Positions 27,477 through 36,431 of a stretch of DNA of 64,000 nucleotides are shown here, in pieces. The DNA lies in IMG/VR virus record IMGVR_UViG_3300032312_001422, positions 224,816 to 288,815 of that record. The stretch is one strand, 5' to 3'. The notes under the pieces were generated by a model. The model saw only the letters and a program-made list of their open reading frames with translations. It was not told the DNA's origin and did no database searches. Numbering within the stretch: position 1 is the first letter of the stretch; each line of letters opens with the position of its first letter. Both the position numbers and the translations under genes were made by a program. This stretch comes from a virus. Taxonomy: Duplodnaviria; Caudoviricetes.

Positions 27477-28350
27477 ATTTTACCACACACTCAGTTTTGA
27501 AGAAAGTATTGATCACAGGCACACAGACTGGAGTCAGGACAACGTGTACAGTTATCGGCAGTGGTACGAAGAAGATATCCAAGGACAAGATACTTTGTTG
27601 ATCATGGTTGGAGATTCGTGGACCTGGGGCGATCATTTAGGCACAATAGATTGGGACAAAGCCAGTAACGATCCTTGTAGACAGGAACAGATAGCAGGCA
27701 GACATCTTAGCCGTCTACTAGATGCTGATTGGGTTAATCTAGCCAGGCCGGGCTGTAGTAACTATTGGATGTTGGAAAAACTACAAGATTTGCAACCATT
27801 TATTCAACAAGCTAATTATAAAAAAATCTATATAGTGGTAACACTAACTGAAGACCTCCGCGAAGCAGAGTATACTCGTCGAATACGGGTTGAAGAACCA
27901 TATCAACAAATGTGGAAAGCTAGCAACACCATTGAACAGTTCTTGCGGCAAGTGGAACAATACCTGTTACTTAACTTAGAAACCTATTTTAAAAACGTAC
28001 CTGCGGTATCGGCACACGTTGGTCGAGCATTTACAGATTTTTGGCCCGGTGTTTCCGGTCCTTTGCTATTGAAAAAAACTTGGTGCGATGTAATACAAGA
28101 TAATTTTAATTTTGACAATTATCAACAGCCTGTGCCTTTTATAGGCCAGATGAGCATTGACCCTTTAACAAAAAAATATATTGTACAAAATCCTGAACGC
28201 AAGTCTGAGTTTTTAGATATCATGGACCGTGTGGGCACACGCTGGAGATTCCTTGGAGACAGTCCGTACAATCTCAAAGGCAGTACTTGCCATCCCAATC
28301 CTGCAGGACACCAGTTATGGGCCGAATATGTTTATACCCAAATTAGATAA
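27469..28350 (+). CDS. second SGNH/GDSL hydrolase-fold protein
   Basis: IMVGDSWTWG, NLARPGCSN, CHPNPAGH. Confidence 0.75.
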   Translation: MFKFYHTLSFEESIDHRHTDWSQDNVYSYRQWYEEDIQGQDTLLIMVGDSWTWGDHLGTIDWDKASNDPCRQEQIAGRHLSRLLDADWVNLARPGCSNYWMLEKLQDLQPFIQQANYKKIYIVVTLTEDLREAEYTRRIRVEEPYQQMWKASNTIEQFLRQVEQYLLLNLETYFKNVPAVSAHVGRAFTDFWPGVSGPLLLKKTWCDVIQDNFNFDNYQQPVPFIGQMSIDPLTKKYIVQNPERKSEFLDIMDRVGTRWRFLGDSPYNLKGSTCHPNPAGHQLWAEYVYTQIR

Positions 28351-28353
28351 ATA
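28346..28353 (+). promoter_or_regulatory. late promoter-like GATAAATA
   Basis: overlaps the stop of the SGNH gene, 70 nt upstream of ATG 28424. Confidence 0.6.
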
Positions 28354-28423
28354 CTTTGTTCGTATGAAACTCTCAGGTAAGCCTACCTTGAGTAGCCTAG
28401 AACGCTAAAATAGGAGAAACAAA

Positions 28424-28927
28424 ATGGCAAGAGGATTAAAAATTGCTCACAAGCAAGCAGATGGTACATTATCAGATCAACGAATCACTGGTAGTACAGT
28501 AGGAACTTCAAATTACTTTGGTGGTGTTGGTGGCATCCCACAGTGGGTAACTACTACAGGTGTTAAAACTATCAAGGTTCAATTTCGTACAGCAGCTGGC
28601 GTATTGCATGCCAATGCTTACATTGTTAGACAAAAAGGTGCAGATCAATTTTTGGTCGCTAACGCAGTAGGCGCAGTAAACGGCGCAACACACAGCAACG
28701 CCAGTGTTACAGTATGCACATTGGCCGCCGGAGCAGATGCAGCAAACGCCGCACCAGCCAGTGGAGCAAGCACATGCACAATTACTGGTTACACCACAAG
28801 TAACACAGCTTTTTATGCTAGTCGTATCACTACAAAACATGTGTATGATCAGTCCAATAACAAAATGCGTTACAGACATCAGACTCAAGTGGCTACAAGC
28901 ACATTTGCCAACGTAGTTACACATTAA
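28424..28927 (+). CDS. putative virion structural protein (167 aa)
   Basis: own late promoter, strong TAGGAG RBS and own terminator; AYIVRQKGADQFLV; Ala/Thr-rich. Confidence 0.6.
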   Translation: MARGLKIAHKQADGTLSDQRITGSTVGTSNYFGGVGGIPQWVTTTGVKTIKVQFRTAAGVLHANAYIVRQKGADQFLVANAVGAVNGATHSNASVTVCTLAAGADAANAAPASGASTCTITGYTTSNTAFYASRITTKHVYDQSNNKMRYRHQTQVATSTFANVVTH

Positions 28928-28945
28928 TCAAATTTGATTGATAAG

Positions 28946-28972
28946 AATAGCAGCTTCGGCTGCTATTTTTTT
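28946..28972 (+). terminator. intrinsic terminator
   Basis: AATAGCAGC-TTCG-GCTGCTATT followed by T run. Confidence 0.9.
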
Positions 28973-29024
28973 GAACTTGACAAAGTTTTACCGCTCATAA
29001 ATACACTATAAACAGGATACTAGA

Positions 29025-29585
29025 ATGAGTCTGACCAAACGCATCATAGGTGATTACCAAATAACCAACAAAGATACATACGGTGCCAACGTAACATTAA
29101 GCACACATACTTTGTTTGTGCAAGGAAATATGGTGGTTGGTGGAAACACCAGCGTAGTTACCAAAACTGATACAGAAATCACTGACAACACTATCCTTCT
29201 AAACAAAGGCGAAATTGGTGCCGGTGTAACATCAGTATTTTCAGGCATTGAAGTTGATCGTGGATCGTTGGCTGACGTTGGTATCAGATACAACGAAAAC
29301 ATTGATAGTTGGCAGTTGACCAACGATGGCATAACTTATGCCAACATTACCAGCGGATCAATCTCGGCAATTGGAAACGTCTTTCAGGATCCAGCACCAA
29401 GAATCAGTGGCAATTTGGAAATAACTAGCAAGACATTATTTGACACAATTGCCAACGTAGAGATTCGTGCAAACACAGCAGCCATGGGTGGATCGGGCGT
29501 GTACACCAACAACATTGGTGTAGCAAATAACAGAAAAGAATTAATCACAAAGAGTAGAGCATTAGTCTATTCAATCATATTGTAG
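29025..29585 (+). CDS. fibre/structural protein
   Basis: ITDNTILLNKGE...SGIEVDRG module shared with downstream fibre genes; CATAAATA at 28996-29003. Confidence 0.65.
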   Translation: MSLTKRIIGDYQITNKDTYGANVTLSTHTLFVQGNMVVGGNTSVVTKTDTEITDNTILLNKGEIGAGVTSVFSGIEVDRGSLADVGIRYNENIDSWQLTNDGITYANITSGSISAIGNVFQDPAPRISGNLEITSKTLFDTIANVEIRANTAAMGGSGVYTNNIGVANNRKELITKSRALVYSIIL

Positions 29586-29595
29586 GATAACAAAA

Positions 29596-29910
29596 ATGGC
29601 CATACAAAGCACAGCACTAGGAACAACAGTAGGTAACATTTATGTATCTTCAGGTACAGACGGAAACGTTGTATCAGTTACATATTTTTGCAACAGATCA
29701 GCATCAGCAACAACGTTTACGTTGCATTTAGTACCAGCTGGTAGTACTGCAGGACCAAACACAACAGTATACAGCAACAAAACTGTCACTGCCGGAGACA
29801 CATATATTCTTGAATTAGAAAAAATTATATTAAGCACAGGCGATATGTTACAGGCCGTTGCCAATACAGGTAATGCCATAGTTGCTACTGTCAGCACGTT
29901 AGGTATCTAA
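29596..29910 (+). CDS. small structural protein (104 aa)
   Basis: beta-rich, AGGA RBS, within the fibre operon. Confidence 0.65.
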   Translation: MAIQSTALGTTVGNIYVSSGTDGNVVSVTYFCNRSASATTFTLHLVPAGSTAGPNTTVYSNKTVTAGDTYILELEKIILSTGDMLQAVANTGNAIVATVSTLGI

Positions 29911-29911
29911 C

Positions 29912-30361
29912 ATGGGACGTTATCTTAAAAATACTCAGCTGGAAGGCGGAAGTTATGCTGTTCAATTGCCGATTGGCAGCAACAGCATTGGCCCGGATAG
30001 TCCAGTTGACGGTCAAATTAGATTCAATCAGACCACTAGCAAAATTGAATTTTATTACAACAGCGCCTGGAACTCAGTGGCCAAAATTGGTCAAGTACCA
30101 ATTACCACAGATACATTTACCACAATTGATGGCGGCATTGTAAATCAATTTACCATGGCCAATGCGCCACGTGATTATATCACTGGGGAAGAAGCTAGTA
30201 TATTGGTGTTCATCAGTGGAGTACAACAAAGACCTGTGGAACACTATCATTTTAGTTCAGGCGTGGCATCAGATCAATTGTATCTTGAACCAAGTGCAGT
30301 TGGAGACGCAGGACAAACAGTATTGGTAATATACAATCTCAACAGCACTGATGCTACCTAG
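29912..30361 (+). CDS. structural protein with fibre-shared modules
   Basis: LPIGS...GQIRFNQTTSKIEFY and ILVFISGVQQRP modules recur in the 32354 and 34316 ORFs. Confidence 0.65.
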   Translation: MGRYLKNTQLEGGSYAVQLPIGSNSIGPDSPVDGQIRFNQTTSKIEFYYNSAWNSVAKIGQVPITTDTFTTIDGGIVNQFTMANAPRDYITGEEASILVFISGVQQRPVEHYHFSSGVASDQLYLEPSAVGDAGQTVLVIYNLNSTDAT

Positions 30362-30371
30362 GAGCCCGTAA

Positions 30372-32354
30372 ATGGCAATAGGTAAAATATCAGGAGTAAT
30401 GCTCAAAGACAACCTGGAACGCCAGGGTGTCAATTTGTCCTTTGATGGAAATTTAGCATATCTTGATGTTACCAATCGTAGACTTGGTGTTGGCACAGAC
30501 ACACCGCAGTACGGTCTAGATGTTCCGGCCAACGTTCGCCTAGCTAACCTTACCATTCTTGGCAACACAATTACCAGCAACACTGGTCGAATTGGGTTTG
30601 GATCAATTTCAAGTCTTGTGGTCACAGGCGGCGCAGCATACAATGTAATTTTAACTGATGGCGCTGGCAATCTACGCTTTGGCACTTTGGATGAAATTTC
30701 TGGTAATACAACTTTTACTGGTAATACCATTGAGCTTGGTGCAAACAGTTCTGGGGCACTGACCAGTAACGCAGTAACCTTAACAACATCAACATCAGTC
30801 ACTGATGGTATAGCACAATTAAATTTTGTATTGGGCAAACTGGTACCACCTGCACCGCCCACATTCCCTGGCGCCAGCACCATTACAATCAGCAGTTTAA
30901 GCACATACCGCATGGCCAATCTCACACAGATTGATCTAACCGGCAACTTAAGAACAGTGGCAGCCGGCACAACAGTAGCCAACGTAAGACGTGCGGCATC
31001 ATATACAACCAGCAACGTGACCACTGTAGGGCCAGGAGACTCTGGCACAGTAAGTGTTTTTAGAAATAGTGTGTTAATGGGCAGTCGGGCCATGGCACTT
31101 GGTGCACAAAACGGCACTCACGGACAGTTGGTCATAGGTAACGATCAAGATTATGCTGCTATCACAGGCGATGCAGGCGGGTTTTGGGAAAGCTTCAATG
31201 CCTATGCCACAGGATCAAATGTAAGTCCTGGTTGGAACGAAGTTTATTTGACACACAGCCAAGGAGTACCAACTAATGTACGTTGGTGGTATTTTGATAA
31301 TAGCAATCCGGGAACACCAACTTTTAGTGCCACTAGTATTGCGTTAAGTTCTAACACAGTCACCTATTCCAGTACCATTCCGCATTTAAATAGCTCAGCA
31401 GGATTTACATTATCGTATAGTGTAAATCGATTGAGTGGTGACATGTATCCAACGTCAGACAACATGGCCACTGGAACTGCCGGCGGAGCATTAACAGCAC
31501 CTGTAACAACCACCTACGCCAGTGCCGGAGTAACTACACCACTGGCGGCCAACTTGTATGTGGCCAGTGGTACCTTGTCGGTCACAACAACATCTAATGT
31601 TATTTCAGGATTTGGATCCAGTGCCCTTGGACCCACGGTCAGCATAAGCAACAGCTACAATACTGGCACACAAAATTTCCCTCCGGGCGCCACGGTACTT
31701 TACAAAACCGGCACAGCAACTCAAATTGAAGAAACCAGCATGTTTATTGCAGCCAGTGTGGGTTCTGGATCTGGTAATCCTGTGCGTATTGTAAACCCAG
31801 GCACGACAGATACACCCACATACACCGCTGGTGCCTCTGCATTTAACAGCACCACTGGCACCCTCACAGCCAATTGTGCCACAGTGGTAGCTGCCACACT
31901 AAAACATGACATAACCAATTATGCTTCGGGATTTTTGCCGGTAGGGCCAAATCTCAGTACAGGACGGCATGGCGCTCAATACTACACATTTAAGTTTACA
32001 CGTACTGCTGTGAGTAAATTTGATATCAAATACACAGGTACCCTTGCTGGCCTATGGGTAGCACTTCCTGGTAGTGCAATAGACACCAGCTCAACCTTAA
32101 ACGGCTGGCTCAATATGGGAACAGCCTATGCTGGAGCTGGACAACCTGGAGCCGGCACCGGTGGTAACGGCAGTAACGGCTGTGCGTTGGGTGCCCTGGC
32201 AATATTTAATAGTGCTCAAACCAACAAGAGTGTGACTGCAACCTTTGGTACAGTAAGTTCCAGTAGCACAGCAACAAACGAAATTTATGTCAGAGTAAGA
32301 TTAAATTCAGGTCAAACTTTGACAGCATTAACTATAGAAGCGGCAACTAACTAA
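30372..32354 (+). CDS. virion structural/fibre protein (660 aa)
   Basis: Thr/Ser/Gly-rich; RRLGVGTDTPQYGLDV motif; C-terminal GAQYYTFKFTR...NGW. Confidence 0.65.
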   Translation: MAIGKISGVMLKDNLERQGVNLSFDGNLAYLDVTNRRLGVGTDTPQYGLDVPANVRLANLTILGNTITSNTGRIGFGSISSLVVTGGAAYNVILTDGAGNLRFGTLDEISGNTTFTGNTIELGANSSGALTSNAVTLTTSTSVTDGIAQLNFVLGKLVPPAPPTFPGASTITISSLSTYRMANLTQIDLTGNLRTVAAGTTVANVRRAASYTTSNVTTVGPGDSGTVSVFRNSVLMGSRAMALGAQNGTHGQLVIGNDQDYAAITGDAGGFWESFNAYATGSNVSPGWNEVYLTHSQGVPTNVRWWYFDNSNPGTPTFSATSIALSSNTVTYSSTIPHLNSSAGFTLSYSVNRLSGDMYPTSDNMATGTAGGALTAPVTTTYASAGVTTPLAANLYVASGTLSVTTTSNVISGFGSSALGPTVSISNSYNTGTQNFPPGATVLYKTGTATQIEETSMFIAASVGSGSGNPVRIVNPGTTDTPTYTAGASAFNSTTGTLTANCATVVAATLKHDITNYASGFLPVGPNLSTGRHGAQYYTFKFTRTAVSKFDIKYTGTLAGLWVALPGSAIDTSSTLNGWLNMGTAYAGAGQPGAGTGGNGSNGCALGALAIFNSAQTNKSVTATFGTVSSSSTATNEIYVRVRLNSGQTLTALTIEAATN

Positions 32355-34204
32355 TGGCTATCACAGACGCACAAAAAGTCGACTTTCTCTATAAAAAGAT
32401 TGGTGCTGGTGTGGCCAAGACAGATACCAGTGCCTTCAAAAGCCCCTCCAACGAGGCCAATGCCAGTCCCTTACTCACACGTGGTGACACAATCTGGCAA
32501 CAATCGGTTAATATTCCCAACATTAGACCTGCTAGTAATTCTAGTGTATTGGTATTGTATCAAGACTCGTTGTCAAGCACCATTGAGTGCGTGTTAGACA
32601 CTTCAGTTAGTGGAACCAATAGAACCTGGTTTACAAATCAAGTTGACTGGATTGGCTCAGAGTTTGGTGCAACATATCAGGTTCAAGTTTATGCTGCACC
32701 GGCCGGCAATGCAGCACCACAGACTTATGGTACACAGTTGTTCAGCGATGGATCCGGCAACAACGACACTTGGTTCTTTGACTATCAAAGTGGTATTTTA
32801 AATTTTCCCGACACCAACGTACCAACTGCTGTAACAGGTAAAAAAATATACATTACCGGAGCTCGCTATGTGGGAGCCAAAGGTATTAGCAATTTCCCCA
32901 GCGGTATCACCATGGGAAATATCACCATAGCTGGTAATTTTATCAATAGTAGTAGCGGTAATGTTACTATCACATCAAATTTAAACATTATTGGCAACAC
33001 CACATTCTATGGTTACAGCGATTTAACCATTACAGATAGCATTTTAAATTTACACACACAAGCCAATCTAGCTCCCTGGACCGTGAACGACGGCAAAGAC
33101 ATTGGTATCAAAATGCACTACTATGATAATGTAGACAGTCATGCTGCACTGGTCCGTGCCAATAATACCGGTTATCTAGAATGGTATGCTCGTGGAACAG
33201 AAATTTCTGGCAACACATTCAGTGGTAGTGCCTACGGCACAATAAAAACTGGTGAATTAATTCTTGCCAACACCACTCCGGCCACAGGTGCCAACACCGG
33301 CGCACTACAAGTCTTAGGTGGCGCCAGTATCAACGGTGCACTATATGTTGGTGGCAATGTTGTTGCCGGGCGATCAACATTTGCGTCTATCAACAGTACT
33401 CCAATTGGCAATGCAACACCAAGCACAGGTGCATTTACCACACTGGATGCAACTACAGCAAATATTGCCGACATTAGAATTGCAAATAGTAGCATAGTCA
33501 GCGCCAATGTTATTAATTTCTATTCTGGGTCAAGTGCCATTAAAGTCCCAGTCGGCAGCAACGACGATCGTCCTGTTAGTGCTGCATCGGGATATTTGCG
33601 TTACAATACCGAATCAACAACACTAGAATATTTTGATGGTGTTGGATGGATTTCGGTTACCAACACCATTGAAAGTCAGCCAATATTTACAGGTGACGGG
33701 ACAACAACCACCTTTACCCTTGATCGATCAAGTCCAAGCAGTGGTTTGTTAGTCAACATCAACGGTACACTACAACAACCTGAAACTGCATACACAGTAA
33801 TTGGCGATCAAATCACATTTGCTGAAGCCCCGCAAGCAACAGACTCAATTGACATACGTTTCTTGGGCGCTGCAGTGACAGTCAATTTTGATTCTACTAT
33901 TATTTCATCACCAAACGTTGCAGTCAACAATGTGTCAAGAGTGATTGATCGCTTTGAAACAAGTCTCTACCGTAGTGCTAAATATGTCATTTCAAGTACC
34001 AATCCGGTGGACAGCACCTTTGCAGAAGTTATGCTATTACAACAAAATGGCAATGTTTTCATAAATATGTTTGGTGTTTTAAATACTGGCAGCAATACTA
34101 TTACACTTACTGCAAACGTTGACTCAGGCAATGTCAATTTAATAGCCAATAGTACAACGTCATCCAACCAACTTAGAATACAAAAGACTTATTTTGCAGT
34201 CTAA
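32354..34204 (+). CDS. modular fibre/structural protein (616 aa)
   Basis: WFFDYQSGILNF, NDGKDIGIKMHYYD, ALQVLGGASINGALYVGG, FTGDGTTTTFTL and YRSAKY modules. Confidence 0.7.
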   Translation: MAITDAQKVDFLYKKIGAGVAKTDTSAFKSPSNEANASPLLTRGDTIWQQSVNIPNIRPASNSSVLVLYQDSLSSTIECVLDTSVSGTNRTWFTNQVDWIGSEFGATYQVQVYAAPAGNAAPQTYGTQLFSDGSGNNDTWFFDYQSGILNFPDTNVPTAVTGKKIYITGARYVGAKGISNFPSGITMGNITIAGNFINSSSGNVTITSNLNIIGNTTFYGYSDLTITDSILNLHTQANLAPWTVNDGKDIGIKMHYYDNVDSHAALVRANNTGYLEWYARGTEISGNTFSGSAYGTIKTGELILANTTPATGANTGALQVLGGASINGALYVGGNVVAGRSTFASINSTPIGNATPSTGAFTTLDATTANIADIRIANSSIVSANVINFYSGSSAIKVPVGSNDDRPVSAASGYLRYNTESTTLEYFDGVGWISVTNTIESQPIFTGDGTTTTFTLDRSSPSSGLLVNINGTLQQPETAYTVIGDQITFAEAPQATDSIDIRFLGAAVTVNFDSTIISSPNVAVNNVSRVIDRFETSLYRSAKYVISSTNPVDSTFAEVMLLQQNGNVFINMFGVLNTGSNTITLTANVDSGNVNLIANSTTSSNQLRIQKTYFAV

Positions 34205-34315
34205 TTACATCTAAGAACTTTCGTCACCCAGTCCTCCGCAAAAACAAACCCGCAAGGACCATTTTCTCACGGCTGCGATAAATAACAATAATGCCCATAA
34301 TTAAGGACCGGAGCC

Positions 34316-36358
34316 ATGACGATTTTAACAAGAATTAAAAATAATCAAGTCACAGACAATACCATCGAGTTCCAAAAACTCAAAGATGGAACCTTGGTTG
34401 GTAGCAAGTTTAATGCTAACTTGACACTGAATTCCAACGTTACCATTCTTGGTAACTTGACTGTGGCCAACAGCTTTGCACAGTTAAATTCGATCAACAC
34501 CTACATCAACGATCCAGTTGTTGTGTTCAACAACAATTACACCAGCTCACCAAGTTACGACATTGGTATGCTGATCAATCGTAACCTAAGCAGTTTGGCA
34601 CCATGGGGTGCAGTAAACGCAGCATGGGTATGGAAAGAAGCCAGTGCAGCATTTGAAGGTGTAATGACCACAGAAACTGGTACCACTGCTGGCGCCATCA
34701 ACAGAACTGGTTTTGCTAACTTGTTTATTGGTAATGTGGGTGCAAACACCTTGGTAATTCGTGACACCACAACCAGCCTTGATTATCAGTCGGGTGCATT
34801 TGTTGTGGTAGGCGCATCAGGATTTGGCGGCAACGTAAACGTAAACGGCACAAGTCGTTTTGCATCCAATGTGGTAATGTACAGCGGTGTTCAAAGTACC
34901 GATGTCAACACTGGTGCATTGGTAGTCAAAGGCGGAACAGGTATAACTGGCAACTTGAACGTGGGTGGCAGTTTTAATGTAACCGGCAGTACGGTAATCA
35001 CAGGCAACTTAACAGTATTAGGTGCAAGTACTACACTTGGCACATCAGATTTGGCAGTTATTGACTCGGTTATCAACTTACATACTGTGGCTAACTTGGC
35101 GCCATGGACAGTAAACGATGGCAAAGACATTGGTATCAAGTTCCACTACTATGATGGTGTAGATAGTCACGCTTTCTTGGGTCGTGCCAATGATACCAAG
35201 TTTTTAGAATGGTATGGTGCTGGAACTGAAGGCAATGGCAACGTGTTTACTGGTAGTGTTTACGGCACCATCAAAGCTGGTGAATTCTTTTCAGCCAACG
35301 TTACCAACAGTACCGATGCATTCACAGGAGCCATTAGAACCACAGGTGGCCTGGGAGTAGCGGCCAATACATTTTTAGGCAATGCTGTTACAATCAACAG
35401 TTCAAAAACAGCTGGTAGCGACTTTAAAGTCAAAGGCAAAAATGATGAAACATTGATTTGGGCCCGCCCAAGTGCCACATACGATGCAGTAATTATTGGT
35501 AACAGCGCCGTACAAGCCAACGTGGCCACTGGCGCCAAATTACAAATTTACACAACAGATTCTATCTTGTTACCGGTTGGTACCAGTGCTCAACGTCCAA
35601 GTAGTGCAGGCGGCACAGATGTTACTGGTATGTTCCGTTACAACTTAACTAACAACGGTTTAGAATACTACGGTGCTTCATCCTGGGTAGCATTGACCAC
35701 ACAGTTTACAGTTATTACCAGTGAAATATTCAACGGTGATGGTGTTTCGTTGGCATTTACACTGGCCGGAACCAGTACCACAGCTGGTACCATAGTATCT
35801 ATTAACGGTGTGTTACAAATACCAACCACATCTTACTCGGTATCAGGCACAACACTGACATTTACAGAAGCACCAACGTCTGGAGATGTGATCGATGTAC
35901 GCAGATTAACCACAACTGCAACAGTGACACAGATTGCCAGCACCAATGGATTTATGCAAATATCTGTTGACAATGATGGTATATACCTTGGCACCGGTAC
36001 AAACACATTGTCCACAACAACATTTTGGAATCCGGCCGGAGCACAAGTTACAGCCGGCGCCAATGTGGTAGCCAGTACTGCCAACGTGGTCACTGGTGTT
36101 GATAGATTCTTAACCAGTGTGTATCGTTCGGCAATATATCAAGTGCAGGTTACAAGCGGCACCGACTATCAGGTTCAAACAGTCACAGTGGTACATAATG
36201 GTACTACAGCTACAGCAGTCACACACGGTGTGATACAGACCAATGGTAACTTGGGTGTGTTTGATGCAAACATCAGCAGTGGTAATGTGTTCTTGAACTT
36301 TATACCAAGCACATCAAACGACGTGTTAAGAATTAAGAAAGATTATTTATTGATTTAA
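34316..36358 (+). CDS. modular fibre/structural protein (680 aa)
   Basis: shares NDGKDIGIKFHYYD, LPVGTSAQRP, FNGDG and YRSAIY modules with the preceding gene; GATAAATA at 34277-34284. Confidence 0.7.
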   Translation: MTILTRIKNNQVTDNTIEFQKLKDGTLVGSKFNANLTLNSNVTILGNLTVANSFAQLNSINTYINDPVVVFNNNYTSSPSYDIGMLINRNLSSLAPWGAVNAAWVWKEASAAFEGVMTTETGTTAGAINRTGFANLFIGNVGANTLVIRDTTTSLDYQSGAFVVVGASGFGGNVNVNGTSRFASNVVMYSGVQSTDVNTGALVVKGGTGITGNLNVGGSFNVTGSTVITGNLTVLGASTTLGTSDLAVIDSVINLHTVANLAPWTVNDGKDIGIKFHYYDGVDSHAFLGRANDTKFLEWYGAGTEGNGNVFTGSVYGTIKAGEFFSANVTNSTDAFTGAIRTTGGLGVAANTFLGNAVTINSSKTAGSDFKVKGKNDETLIWARPSATYDAVIIGNSAVQANVATGAKLQIYTTDSILLPVGTSAQRPSSAGGTDVTGMFRYNLTNNGLEYYGASSWVALTTQFTVITSEIFNGDGVSLAFTLAGTSTTAGTIVSINGVLQIPTTSYSVSGTTLTFTEAPTSGDVIDVRRLTTTATVTQIASTNGFMQISVDNDGIYLGTGTNTLSTTTFWNPAGAQVTAGANVVASTANVVTGVDRFLTSVYRSAIYQVQVTSGTDYQVQTVTVVHNGTTATAVTHGVIQTNGNLGVFDANISSGNVFLNFIPSTSNDVLRIKKDYLLI

Positions 36359-36431
36359 CAAACGATTAGGGCAGATGGTCTGCTCTAATCAATAACCTTA
36401 TCGGGGAATATGGAACCGGGGAAAATATAAA

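Noticed and set aside
30269-31117. Long antisense ORFs (282 aa here; also 4261-4857, 6788-7390, 39176-39757)
   Set aside because: Shadow frames opposite Thr/Gly/Ala/Val-rich genes; no RBS or recognisable motifs
34205-34315. Riboswitch-like leader (GTCCT...AGGAC, GCAAA motifs)
   Set aside because: Lies mostly upstream of the late box and lacks the two-stem c-di-GMP-I consensus; pairing is weak
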